Source of the DNA: Verrucomicrobiota bacterium
GTDB taxonomy: Bacteria > Verrucomicrobiota > Verrucomicrobiia > Limisphaerales > SXQI01
Assembly (NCBI GenBank): GCA_033762115.1
Contig: JANRLX010000112.1
Span: 1 to 24,458 of the forward strand
Direction of reading: 5' to 3'
Length of the DNA stretch: 24,458 nt
This document shows positions 7,949-17,709 of this stretch, one piece after another. The notes below the pieces were generated by a model. It made no database searches. It was not told the DNA's origin and saw only the letters and a list, made by a program, of their open reading frames with translations. The stretch's first letter is position 1, and every line of letters begins with the position of its first letter. The position numbers were made by a program, and so were the translations under genes.

Positions 7949-9076
7949 ATGCGTTTTCTCATGCTTAACTGGCGCGATCCCCGCAACCCTGCAGCAGGCG
8001 GCGCTGAAAGAGTCACGCATGGATATTTAAAGGCTCTCGTTGACCGAGGACATCAAGTCTATTGGTTTACCCACCATTTCCAGGGAGCACCCATCACAGA
8101 AATGCTTGATGGAATCCATCTGATCCGGGAAGGAACCACCGCAAATTCCTGGTTGAAAGCGGCGCGCTGGTGCGCCTCACAGGTTAGGTTCGATCTGGTA
8201 ATCGACCAGCATCACGGCATTCCCTGGTATGCGCCATGGTGGTGCCGCACTCATAACATCAGCTATATACATGAGGTATTGGGACCGATTTGGAATGCGT
8301 TTTACAAATGGCCCTGGAATCTCATTGGCAGGACTCAGGAGCGCTGGACACATTGGTTTTATCGCCAGGTGCCGTTTTGGACTGCATGCGAATCAACCCG
8401 TAACGACCTCATAAAAAATGGTGTTCGACGAGTTTCGATCATTCGATATGGCGTCTCCACAATGGCCCTTCCGCAACTTCCACCAAAATCCTTGTCATTA
8501 CCATTGCGGCTGATCGTCGTTTCCCGCCTCGCCCCCAACAAGCGGATCGGAGAAGCCATCAAGCTGGTTCAGGAGTTATTACAGCGCAAAATACCCGCCA
8601 CATTGCAGATTATAGGGAGTGGCGAAGAAGAACGCGCATTGCGAATTTTGGTACAGGATTATCAATTACAGAAGAGCGTTACTTTCACAGGACCTCTGCC
8701 TGAACAGGATAAAGACTTGGCGTTGCGCGAGGCGCATTTCCTGGTTCATACCAGCCAACGGGAAGGTTGGGGGTTAAATGTCATCGAAGCAAATGCAATG
8801 GGAACACCGGCAATCGTTTACCCCGTTCCCGGTTTGATTGAATCCACACTGCACCAAAAAACCGGAGTCGTTGCCGCTAATGAAACGGCCAAGGCACTAG
8901 CCGATGCAATTGAGCAACTCCTTCCAGTTCCTCAACATTATCAATACCTTCGGGAACAGGCATGGATGCGTGCACGGCAATTCCACTGGAATCGCATTCT
9001 CCCGATTGCATCTGAATGGCTGGAAGCACGGGCACGGGGGGATTCCATTCAAGGGAGCGAAGTGTTACCTCTTTGA
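7949..9076 (+). CDS. Glycosyltransferase family 4 (GT-B), Rv0225-like
   Basis: N-terminal LNWRDPRNPAAGGAE, DLVIDQHHGIP, VSRLAPNKR, and the EX7E motif REGWGLNVIE followed by GTP. Confidence 0.92.
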   Translation: MRFLMLNWRDPRNPAAGGAERVTHGYLKALVDRGHQVYWFTHHFQGAPITEMLDGIHLIREGTTANSWLKAARWCASQVRFDLVIDQHHGIPWYAPWWCRTHNISYIHEVLGPIWNAFYKWPWNLIGRTQERWTHWFYRQVPFWTACESTRNDLIKNGVRRVSIIRYGVSTMALPQLPPKSLSLPLRLIVVSRLAPNKRIGEAIKLVQELLQRKIPATLQIIGSGEEERALRILVQDYQLQKSVTFTGPLPEQDKDLALREAHFLVHTSQREGWGLNVIEANAMGTPAIVYPVPGLIESTLHQKTGVVAANETAKALADAIEQLLPVPQHYQYLREQAWMRARQFHWNRILPIASEWLEARARGDSIQGSEVLPL

Positions 9077-9079
9077 TTC

Positions 9080-10267
9080 ATGCGAATTTTAGTCGTTCAC
9101 AATACATTAAATGATTCGAAGTCCGTTTCCGGAGGGCTCCGTCATTTTCTTTTAATGGCCAATGCCTGGCATAAAATGGGCCATTCCACCGATTTCCTCG
9201 CAGCTGAAGCAGGGCGGAAAACAATCACAAACTTTGCTCCGGACGCCCACTTTATCTCAAGTGATAGTTTCTTTGATGCCACGAAAAACCTTGCTCAAAC
9301 CTGGCGCTATTTTCCTGCCTATGGGTACCGACTCCTCACAGCCCATACAGTCAAACTCCCACACCATTACGATGTAATTTTGGCATCAACTCAACTGATC
9401 GTTGAAGTTTATCCAGCCATGGTCCTGGCAAAACTGCAACGGTCCAAACTGGCTGTCAAAATTCATCACGTGCTTGCCACCCAACGGAAGCATTTTACTT
9501 TGAATGATCGCCTTTTCCTCTGGTCAGAGAAAGTCACCGCTCGGTGGATCAACCGTCATGCTGATCTGGTCATCTGCGGCACAAAGCTGGTTCAAAATGA
9601 TTTCAATCAATTAACCAGGAAGCTTGGGTTGCCACCAAAAGCCTCCACGACCATTGGATACGGAGTCGATCTGGAACCTTTGCTCAATATGGGTAAACGG
9701 GAAAAAATTTACGATGCGGTTTACCTTGGGCGATTGCATGAACACAAGGGAGTTTTTGAACTTCCCGGAATTTGGAAAAAAGTCACCGAACAATGTCCTG
9801 GAGCAAAGCTCCTGGTGATTGGAGAGGGTCCCCACCGTTCCCAAATGGAAAAACTATTCCAGCAGGAAAATTTAGCAAATTCAGTCACTATTACTGGAGC
9901 CATCAGTGAAGAGTCTAAAAATGATTTCCTGGCTCAGTCTCGATTGGGGATCACGGTTTCATTCGAGGAAGGTTGGGGACTTTCGGTAAACGAATTCCTC
10001 GCCGCCGGCATGCCAGTTGTTGGTTATTCGCTGCCTATATTTGATTTGGTTTTCCCTGGTCGCTTGCTTTTAAAACCATCGCGAGATCAAACCGGGGTGG
10101 CGGATTTGATCGTACAGCTTCTCAATTCACCAGAGCGGCAGTCCTTTCTTGGGCAGGAAGGTCGTGAATTTGTAAAGAGATACGATTTCCGCCAGGTCGC
10201 CGAAGAAGAACTGGGCGCTCTTCACTCCCTTCTCCAGAGGGACTCTACTCCTTCGGCAATTTGTTGA
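9080..10267 (+). CDS. Glycosyltransferase family 4 (GT-B)
   Basis: MRILVV...SGG start, YGVD, YLGRLHEHKG, LLVIGEGP, and the EX7E motif EGWGLSVNE followed by AGMPVV. It begins 3 nt after the upstream GT4 stop, suggesting an operon. Confidence 0.92.
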   Translation: MRILVVHNTLNDSKSVSGGLRHFLLMANAWHKMGHSTDFLAAEAGRKTITNFAPDAHFISSDSFFDATKNLAQTWRYFPAYGYRLLTAHTVKLPHHYDVILASTQLIVEVYPAMVLAKLQRSKLAVKIHHVLATQRKHFTLNDRLFLWSEKVTARWINRHADLVICGTKLVQNDFNQLTRKLGLPPKASTTIGYGVDLEPLLNMGKREKIYDAVYLGRLHEHKGVFELPGIWKKVTEQCPGAKLLVIGEGPHRSQMEKLFQQENLANSVTITGAISEESKNDFLAQSRLGITVSFEEGWGLSVNEFLAAGMPVVGYSLPIFDLVFPGRLLLKPSRDQTGVADLIVQLLNSPERQSFLGQEGREFVKRYDFRQVAEEELGALHSLLQRDSTPSAIC

Positions 10268-10292
10268 CGCACCTGCTCTTCTCTCGTAGCGT
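10264..10292 (+). promoter_or_regulatory. Putative sigma70 promoter of secA
   Basis: TTGACG (10264-10269, overlapping the GT stop codon), 17 nt spacer, TAGCGT (10287-10292). The ATG is at 10317. Confidence 0.5.
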
Positions 10293-10316
10293 CCATGACG
10301 GATTTTTCCGGAACGC

Positions 10317-13300
10317 ATGATTGGTTATCTCATTAGAAAAGTGATTGGGTCAAAAAATGACCGTGAAATCCGCAAGCTGCGGCCTGTGGTGGCCAGGATC
10401 AATGAAATTGAAACTGGACTGCAGTCTCTTTCAGATGAGGACCTGCGAAAAAAAACTGCGGACTGGAAGGCAAAGCTCTCCGCCATTGAAGACAATCAGG
10501 AATTGGCCAGGGAGTTGGATACCATTCTCCCTGAAGCTTTTGCAGTAGTCAAGAATGCCTGCCGCCGTCTTTGCGGCAAGGAAATCATGGTCCGCAATCA
10601 TCCTCTCAAGTGGGAGATGATTCCCTTTGATGTTCAATTGATCGGCGGGATGGCCCTGCACTCCCGAAAAATCGCGGAAATGGCCACCGGCGAAGGAAAA
10701 ACCCTCGTTGCCACACTGCCCGTTTACCTCAATGCCTTGACCGGGCGAGGTGTCCATGTTGTTACTGTCAATGATTACCTGGCTGCGCGTGACAGCGAAT
10801 GGATGGGGGCGGTTTACAAATTTTTGGGGCTTTCGGTCGGCTGCATTCTTCATGATCAAAGTTCCGAAGTCCGTCGCCAACAGTATGCCTGTGACATTAC
10901 TTACGGCACCAACGCCGAATTTGGCTTCGATTACCTGCGTGACAACGGCATGGCCACCCGCCTGGAAGAACAGGTCCAGCGTGGCCATTACTTTGCAATC
11001 ATTGATGAAGTGGATTCGATCCTGATCGATGAAGCGCGTACCCCACTCATCATCAGCGGCCCCTCTGTCGTCAACGCCGATAACAAATACGATGTTTACC
11101 GGCCCATCGTCGAAAACCTTTATCGGACCCAGGAAAAGCTTTGCAACCGCTTTCTTGTGGAGGCGGAACAACTGATCCAGAAAGCGGGTTCCACCGGGGG
11201 AACTGACAACAAATCGCCGAACCAGGAACTCGAGCGGGAAATCGGTTTGGCGCTTTACCGTGTGAAATTGGGAAATCCAAAAGCAGTCGGATTGATGAAA
11301 CTGCTCGAGGACCCTGTCAATCTGCGCCGGTTAAACCAGACAGAAGGTCAGCTGCATACCGACACCTCCAAAAAAGAGATGTTTGAGCAGAAGGAAATGC
11401 TCTTTTTCGCGATCGATGAAAAAAGTCATGATGCCGACCTGACCGAGAAGGGACGCAACTTTCTCAGCCCTCAGGACCCTGATGCATTCGTTCTGCCTGA
11501 CCTGATCACCGCTTTTCATGAAATCGATGCCGGACCGGAAGCGGACATGCAGAAGCGTCTGCAGGCCAAGGCAAAACTTCAGGCGGAATTCGAAGAACGC
11601 GCCCAGCGGATTCATTCCATCTCCCAACTGTTAAAGGCTTACTGTCTTTACCAAAAGGATGTTCAATACGTAGTGCAGGAAAACCAGGTCATCATCGTCG
11701 ATGAAAACACAGGGCGCCTGATGACCGGGCGACGCTGGAGTGATGGGTTGCATCAGGCGGTGGAAGCCAAGGAGCAGGTGGAGGTCCAGCGCGAAACCCA
11801 AACCTTCGCCACCATCACCATCCAGAACTATTTCCGGCTTTACCAAAAACTGGCGGGCATGACCGGCACCGCGGAAACGGAAGCTTCAGAATTCTGGGAC
11901 ATTTACCATCTTGGAGTTCAGGTCATCCCCACAAACAGAGCGATTGCCCGCAAGGACCAGCACGACTCTGTTTACAAAACACGTCGCGAAAAATTCACCG
12001 CTGTCCTCAAGGAAATTCAGGCAGTCCATTCCCAGGGGCGTCCAATCCTCGTGGGGACGATCTCGGTTGATATCAGCGAGCAACTTTCAAAAATGCTGAA
12101 AAAGGCCGGAATTGTTCATTCCGTGCTGAACGCCAAATATCATCAGCAGGAAGCTGAAATTGTGGCAAATGCCGGCCAGCGTGGAGCGGTGACAATTGCC
12201 ACCAACATGGCAGGCCGTGGGACGGATATCAAACTCGGCCCCGGAGTCTCTGAATTGGGAGGCTTGCATGTTATCGGCACCGAACGTCACGAATCGCGCC
12301 GGATTGATCGGCAGTTACGCGGTCGTTGCGCACGCCAGGGAGATCCCGGTTCCTCACATTTCTTCATCTCACTTGAGGATGATCTGATGCGCCTCTTCGG
12401 GTCAGACCGCATTGTGAAAGTCATGGAACGGGTGGGCCTGGAGGAAAACCAGGAACTGGAGCACCCGCTCCTCAATCGCAGCATCGAAACAGCACAAAAA
12501 CGGGTCGAGCAGCATCACTTCCAGCAACGAAAGCGCACGTTGGAGTTTGATGATGTGATGAACAAGCAGCGGGAAGTCATTTACGGCTTCCGCAACGAAA
12601 TCCTCCGGGCCAACGATGTTCAGGACCGCCTCATGGATGTGATGGAGGAAGTGGTCCTCCAGAAAGTTTCGCAGTTTAGCAGCCCGGAAACCCCTCCAGA
12701 AGAGTGGAACATTCGCGCTTTGACAGACTGGGTGAACCTCACGTTCCCACTTGGTGTGCCGGAAGGGGAAATCCTCAAGGTGGCAAATTCCGGGACTGAA
12801 GAGCCCGTTGAAAGCTCGATGTATGGCGGGCTAAGCGCTGCTCAATTCGCCGTTTGCGTCTTCATCTCCAACGCAGTGCGAGACGCCTACAAGCTCAAGA
12901 TCAGCTTTGAGAATCCGGATGCCCTCCGGACCGTCGAGCGTTATACCATCCTGACTGCAATCGACAAACTATGGCAGGAACATCTTTATGGGATGGACAG
13001 CCTTCGGCACAGCATTGGCCTTCGTTCCTACGGTCAGCGGGACCCCTTGGTGGAATATAAGTCGGAAGCGTTCAAGATTTTCGAGGAATTGATGGTCAAC
13101 ATCAAAACCGAAATCTGCCGCAATATCTTCCTGAGCGCCTCCAGCCTGATGGCATTCCAGAAATTTCTTCATAACCTCCCCCAGCGCACGATTCACCAGG
13201 AGAGCAGCGCTTTTGGCGAGAGGAAAAGCCAGACCGCAAACGAAAACGCCAGCAACATGGTCAGTGAAGCCAATGAAGCGGTGGCTTCCAAACCGAAACC

Positions 13301-13391
13301 GGTCCGGTCAGGACCCAAGGTTGGACGAAATGACCCCTGCCCTTGTGGAAGCGGCAAGAAATACAAACACTGCTGCGGCCAAAACGGTTAG
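10317..13391 (+). CDS. secA: Preprotein translocase subunit SecA
   Basis: Motifs [90 protein letters not shown] and DPLVEYK, with a C-terminal SEC-C Zn motif [18 protein letters not shown]. Confidence 0.99.
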   Translation: MIGYLIRKVIGSKNDREIRKLRPVVARINEIETGLQSLSDEDLRKKTADWKAKLSAIEDNQELARELDTILPEAFAVVKNACRRLCGKEIMVRNHPLKWEMIPFDVQLIGGMALHSRKIAEMATGEGKTLVATLPVYLNALTGRGVHVVTVNDYLAARDSEWMGAVYKFLGLSVGCILHDQSSEVRRQQYACDITYGTNAEFGFDYLRDNGMATRLEEQVQRGHYFAIIDEVDSILIDEARTPLIISGPSVVNADNKYDVYRPIVENLYRTQEKLCNRFLVEAEQLIQKAGSTGGTDNKSPNQELEREIGLALYRVKLGNPKAVGLMKLLEDPVNLRRLNQTEGQLHTDTSKKEMFEQKEMLFFAIDEKSHDADLTEKGRNFLSPQDPDAFVLPDLITAFHEIDAGPEADMQKRLQAKAKLQAEFEERAQRIHSISQLLKAYCLYQKDVQYVVQENQVIIVDENTGRLMTGRRWSDGLHQAVEAKEQVEVQRETQTFATITIQNYFRLYQKLAGMTGTAETEASEFWDIYHLGVQVIPTNRAIARKDQHDSVYKTRREKFTAVLKEIQAVHSQGRPILVGTISVDISEQLSKMLKKAGIVHSVLNAKYHQQEAEIVANAGQRGAVTIATNMAGRGTDIKLGPGVSELGGLHVIGTERHESRRIDRQLRGRCARQGDPGSSHFFISLEDDLMRLFGSDRIVKVMERVGLEENQELEHPLLNRSIETAQKRVEQHHFQQRKRTLEFDDVMNKQREVIYGFRNEILRANDVQDRLMDVMEEVVLQKVSQFSSPETPPEEWNIRALTDWVNLTFPLGVPEGEILKVANSGTEEPVESSMYGGLSAAQFAVCVFISNAVRDAYKLKISFENPDALRTVERYTILTAIDKLWQEHLYGMDSLRHSIGLRSYGQRDPLVEYKSEAFKIFEELMVNIKTEICRNIFLSASSLMAFQKFLHNLPQRTIHQESSAFGERKSQTANENASNMVSEANEAVASKPKPVRSGPKVGRNDPCPCGSGKKYKHCCGQNG

Positions 13392-13403
13392 AACAGCCAG
13401 GTG

Positions 13404-13979
13404 TCAGCTGCGAAGCGCCTCGTCCGGGCGTTCGATGAATGCGTAACAAAGCAGATGGCAAATTCCCATCTGCACATCTTCAACACGGCCATAATGCTGG
13501 CTGTTGATGACGATGGTTTCCCTGGCGATTTCGCTCAATCTCCCTCGTTTTCCACCCACGATTGCCACCGTTTCAATGCCATTTTGGTTCGCCCACTCGA
13601 ATGCCTTGACCAGATTTGGAGAACTGCCGCTGACGCTGAGCGCCAACAGAATGTCACCCGGCTTGCCGAAGTTCATTAATTGCCGGGAGTAAACCTCCTC
13701 ATAGGAATAATCGTTTCCCAGTGCGGTGATCCAGCTGATGTTGTCATTCAGCGCCATGCAGCGAAACCGTTTCGGCAATTTGTCGGAGGCACCTTTCCCC
13801 AGGTCCGTGATGAAATGTGAAGCGTTGGATGCGCTCCCTCCATTGCCGCAGATAAAAATCTGGCGATCTTCACGATGTGCTTTTGCAAACCTCGCGATCA
13901 GGCTGGACACTTGTTCCACCGGGATGGAATCAAGCGCGGCCTTCTGTTGCATAATGTACTCTGCAATCCAGCTATTCAC
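13404..13979 (-). CDS. SIS-domain sugar isomerase, phosphoheptose isomerase (GmhA)-like
   Basis: Motifs ICGNGGSASNASH, ITALGNDYSY, GDILLALSVSGSSPN and GRVEDVQMGICH. The start is probably the GTG at 13979, giving 191 aa (GmhA size). The TTG at 14036 overlaps the upstream gene. Confidence 0.85.
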   Translation of the reverse strand: MNSWIAEYIMQQKAALDSIPVEQVSSLIARFAKAHREDRQIFICGNGGSASNASHFITDLGKGASDKLPKRFRCMALNDNISWITALGNDYSYEEVYSRQLMNFGKPGDILLALSVSGSSPNLVKAFEWANQNGIETVAIVGGKRGRLSEIARETIVINSQHYGRVEDVQMGICHLLCYAFIERPDEALRS

Positions 13980-14028
13980 CAAATGAGTATTTCCGCTCAA
14001 GTGGATGGAATCAAGGATAGGCTGCAAC

Positions 14029-17000
14029 TTAATCAACCACCACTTTGACGAGGAAAAAGAGTTCTGCCACCTCGGCCAGCGGGCGAACGGAACGGACAGT
14101 CACCCGCTCCAAATCACCGCCCAGATCCTGGACCGTTTCGATCACTGTTTCATTGGAGGCGGTGGAAAGAGAATTGGAAGCACTCACCTGAATCTCCACG
14201 CCGCTGGCAATTTTGTTCCGGGTAAAACTCAATCCTGCATAAACCTGGCCGTTGTTTTCCACCTGGATGCCGGCAGGTTTCTGGTTCGCCACAGAAGCCA
14301 ATGGATCGGTCCCCAGCGCGAATTCAGCAAGATTGCTCAATCCATCCGCATCCGCGTCCTGGTTCATCCCGTCGTTGACTCCAGCAGTGAATCCTTTTCC
14401 AGCCTGCCACGCGGCAAATGTTTGCCCGCTGCTGCTGTTGGTATCCACGGTCAAGGTTGCCGTCACGCTCAGGACGCTTCCCGCGTCGTTCATGATCGCC
14501 ACACTGTACTCACCACTATCCAGACTTGTGAGAGCAGAAAGTTGAAGGCTGGCAGAACTTGCGCCGGAGATATTGCCTCCGTCAGCCAGCGGTTCCCCAT
14601 TCTTGAGCCAAAGGTAATTCAATCCCCCGGAACCGACAGCATTCACCTGAAGAGTGGTTGTCGAACCGGCTGGCGCGGTGCGGGATTGCGGCTGGGTGGT
14701 GATCGCCGGTGAACCTTCATTGAGGACACCGAACGAATAAATACCCCCTCCAGCAAGAAGAACACGTCCATTTCCAGCCAGAAGCGCCTGGACGTTTGGC
14801 ACCCCGCTGTTCAGGCGGACCCAGTCCACACCGTTCGTGGTGGTGAAAAGCTCCCCGTTTGAAACCACAGAGTAAAAAGTGCCGCTCGCGAACACGGTAC
14901 GGTTAAAGGTCGGACGGCTTTCAACCGGTGATGGCAATGGCAGCCGCTTTGAAATCCAATCCTGTCCATTCGTTGAATAGGCAACGTAACCATCCTTTCC
15001 TGCGGCAACAAACCGGCCATTTCCATACGCCAGCCCGGGAGTGTCGCCCGTAAAGGTCAGAATCGCGTTCCATGAATCACCATTGTTGAGCGAAATAACT
15101 CCATTACCGCCCTTCCCTGTCGCCACGACTGTCGAACCATTATGCGCCACAGCCAAAAACTCGACGTTCGAGGAAAGGCTCTTGTCCGTCCATGCGATCC
15201 CATCCTCCGAAATCATGATGAAACTTCCGGTACCGACTGCGATGAAACGACCGTTACTATAAGTCACTGCCCGGAAATTTTTTGTCGCCGGAACCGGTCC
15301 CTGCGTTGTGAGCGTCCAGTTCAAGCCGTCGGTGGAGTAGCCAACCTTTCCATCAAACCCTACCGCAACGAACCGGCCTTCGCCATAAGCCACCGCATCA
15401 AAGTCCGCCCGAACGATCCGGGACCTCCAGAGGTTTCCATCAGTTGAAGCAGCGGTGAAGCCGTTACCCACACCCACCCATCGCCCATTTCCCAGAGCCA
15501 TGCCCTTGAACCCACCATTCCCTGCGTTCGCGTAACTCATTTTGAAAGAAATTTCGGCGGGCGCTCCAGACACAGGGGGAACTGAATCAACAGAAAGCCC
15601 ATACTCCCCAAGCGCTTTCATGTTCTCGAATTTCACCAATCGATGCGGGGCTGGGATTGAACGGATCTTCGTCCAGTTCGTTCCATTGGTGGATTGCAGC
15701 AAGGTGCCGTTCTCACCTGCGATGAGGAAACTTCGATTGTCCGAGGCGAGGTTCAGGAAGGAGGAACCCACAAGATTTTCAGTTGTCCCGCTCTCCCGCT
15801 TGGTCCAGCTGCTCCCATCGGGCGATGTCAAAATCGTTCCGTTGTCCCCGACTGCAATGGTCATGGAAACAGGAGAAAGGGGTTGATAATTTTGATAGTA
15901 CTGAGCGACATGGCGCAATGTCTCCGTCGTGCCGGAATTCAGGACGGACCATTGCTGCATTGAAGGGTCTGCCGAACGAACAATAGTTCCTTCCGTCCCG
16001 ACAAAGATCACGTTCGCAAAAACACCCGCCCCGGAAAGGAGGTCATTTGAGGTGACAGGAGGGATCAGTTGAAAAGCTGGTGAATTGTTCCCTGAAGGAG
16101 CGTTGACCCGGATCATGGCACCGTCATCTCCTGCAATGATCGCTGAATGCACGAAATCACTGGAGGCAACTGTTCTCAGCGTTGCATCCACCAACGGCGG
16201 CACCACTCCATATCGGCTGAGGAAAGTGCTGTAAAAATAATAAATATAGCCGTGGTCACCCACCCAGTAAGTACCAAGGTTTGCGGCACTGAAGAAAAAC
16301 CGGACGGGCGCAAAGCCCACAGGACCGGCAGCGGGTTTGTTGGTGGTTTCCTGCCCCACAAAAATCTGGTCGGTGATCCGACCTGAAATCAGGCCGTTAT
16401 TGTTAAAGGAATAAGTTTGGAGAATTGTTTGCCGGAGGGTGTCCTTTTCAGGGGTCACCCAGACCAATCCATCTTCCGATGTCAGCAAATCCACCCCGGA
16501 AGCGATATAACGTCCCTTCCAGAACAGGATACTGTAAATATCCTCGGTATTATCCAGCCGTTTCCATGTGACCGCATTGGTTGAAATCCAGAGGTGGTTA
16601 TTCGGGTCCTGGGCGAAGAGTTTTCCGTTGGCCCCTGCAACCATCTGGATGCGTCCGGTGGGAAATGCCGGTTTTTCCCAGGTTATTCCATCTGTTGAAT
16701 ACGCCAGGGCGGTGGTGCCTGCGACAACATAAACCCCGTTCTGGAAGGCGATTTTTGTTTCGGGATAGACGGATGTAAAAATATTCCCTGCATTGATATT
16801 CACCAATGGCGTCCATGTAACCGTGTCAGGAGAAAAACTGATTTGGGTGCCATTACAAATGACAAACTGACCATTCAAGAATTCAATTTGGGGATAGCCG
16901 TTGAACCCGCCGGGAACTGGTTGTGCCCCTGGAGTCCAGACAAACCCGTCAGGAGAGGTTTGCATCGACCCATCAAACCCCACTGCCGCAAAGAGGCCAT

Positions 17001-17700
17001 TCCCATAAGCCACTCCGAGATATAGCTTTGTATTGTTGCCACGGGCAACCCAATCCACGGCGTTGGTGGAATAAAAAATAGCGCCTGAATCCCCCACCGC
17101 CACGTAATTGCCATTTCCGTAAGCCACCGAATTAAGATTCAAAGTCGCAGGTACTCCCGCAGGGTTCCATGACAAGCCGTCTGGTGACGTGGCGTAGGAC
17201 CCCGATGGTCCAACGGTAATCAACTGATTATTGCCCTCTTTCATCTCACCGAGCCGTTCGAGAGATTTGGTTGGATTTAAAATGGATATTTTTCCACCAA
17301 AACTGGAGGAAGCCCCGAAACCGGGAGCAGAGTTCTTCGCGCTGATCCGAAAAGTGAGAGTGGTTCCATTATTGTTTTGAGAAACAGAGGTACTGACGAC
17401 GCCATCGACAATCGTTCCGCTGGTGAACCCGCTACTGTTCGGGGTGTTCCAGGTGATGACGCCAGCGGAGTCAACTGTGCCACTCAGGTCTCCGGAAGAA
17501 GTGATGTTGCCATTGGCATCGACTGTGATGGCGACCGGTCCGGCGGGGTACTCAGCGATGGGCACCGGGCCATCAAAAGAAACATACATCGCGCCTGTAT
17601 AAAATCCGGTGTAGGGCGAAGCAGCCAACAGCCCGGCGGAGGAGAAGAGCAGCGCAGCAGTAAGAAGGATACGACGGAAGAGAAGGTAACAAACGATCAT
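14029..17700 (-). CDS. Large secreted protein (1223 aa): beta-propeller repeats, Ig domain and a C-terminal DxDxDG-containing domain
   Basis: Signal peptide from the ATG at 17700 (...RRILLTAALLFSSAGLLA-AS). It has many roughly 40-aa repeats of the form VAYGNG-x-FVAVG...S(T/P)(D/N)G-x-x-W. An Ig unit runs PAITTQPQS...LTV (about 14709-14446). The terminal domain is FAAWQ...DADADGLSNLAEFALGTDP...FFLVKVVVD. Confidence 0.85.
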   Translation of the reverse strand: MIVCYLLFRRILLTAALLFSSAGLLAASPYTGFYTGAMYVSFDGPVPIAEYPAGPVAITVDANGNITSSGDLSGTVDSAGVITWNTPNSSGFTSGTIVDGVVSTSVSQNNNGTTLTFRISAKNSAPGFGASSSFGGKISILNPTKSLERLGEMKEGNNQLITVGPSGSYATSPDGLSWNPAGVPATLNLNSVAYGNGNYVAVGDSGAIFYSTNAVDWVARGNNTKLYLGVAYGNGLFAAVGFDGSMQTSPDGFVWTPGAQPVPGGFNGYPQIEFLNGQFVICNGTQISFSPDTVTWTPLVNINAGNIFTSVYPETKIAFQNGVYVVAGTTALAYSTDGITWEKPAFPTGRIQMVAGANGKLFAQDPNNHLWISTNAVTWKRLDNTEDIYSILFWKGRYIASGVDLLTSEDGLVWVTPEKDTLRQTILQTYSFNNNGLISGRITDQIFVGQETTNKPAAGPVGFAPVRFFFSAANLGTYWVGDHGYIYYFYSTFLSRYGVVPPLVDATLRTVASSDFVHSAIIAGDDGAMIRVNAPSGNNSPAFQLIPPVTSNDLLSGAGVFANVIFVGTEGTIVRSADPSMQQWSVLNSGTTETLRHVAQYYQNYQPLSPVSMTIAVGDNGTILTSPDGSSWTKRESGTTENLVGSSFLNLASDNRSFLIAGENGTLLQSTNGTNWTKIRSIPAPHRLVKFENMKALGEYGLSVDSVPPVSGAPAEISFKMSYANAGNGGFKGMALGNGRWVGVGNGFTAASTDGNLWRSRIVRADFDAVAYGEGRFVAVGFDGKVGYSTDGLNWTLTTQGPVPATKNFRAVTYSNGRFIAVGTGSFIMISEDGIAWTDKSLSSNVEFLAVAHNGSTVVATGKGGNGVISLNNGDSWNAILTFTGDTPGLAYGNGRFVAAGKDGYVAYSTNGQDWISKRLPLPSPVESRPTFNRTVFASGTFYSVVSNGELFTTTNGVDWVRLNSGVPNVQALLAGNGRVLLAGGGIYSFGVLNEGSPAITTQPQSRTAPAGSTTTLQVNAVGSGGLNYLWLKNGEPLADGGNISGASSASLQLSALTSLDSGEYSVAIMNDAGSVLSVTATLTVDTNSSSGQTFAAWQAGKGFTAGVNDGMNQDADADGLSNLAEFALGTDPLASVANQKPAGIQVENNGQVYAGLSFTRNKIASGVEIQVSASNSLSTASNETVIETVQDLGGDLERVTVRSVRPLAEVAELFFLVKVVVD

Positions 17701-17709
17701 TGGTGGTGG

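Noticed and set aside
10431..11171. 246-aa minus-strand ORF and smaller ORFs antisense to secA
   Set aside because: Shadow frames of secA with no independent coding evidence.
7949..13391. Accessory SecA2/GtfAB glycoprotein export system
   Set aside because: The SecA is a full-length canonical type with SEC-C and has its own candidate promoter. There is no secY2, asp gene or serine-rich repeat substrate.
13392..13410. Terminator between the convergent secA and SIS genes
   Set aside because: The gap is only 12 nt. The best hairpin is a 4-bp CAGC/GCTG stem with no U-tract.
14005..14712. 235-aa plus-strand ORF opposite the propeller gene's 3' end
   Set aside because: It is antisense to a well-formed Ig and C-terminal domain, and its translation has no protein-like pattern.
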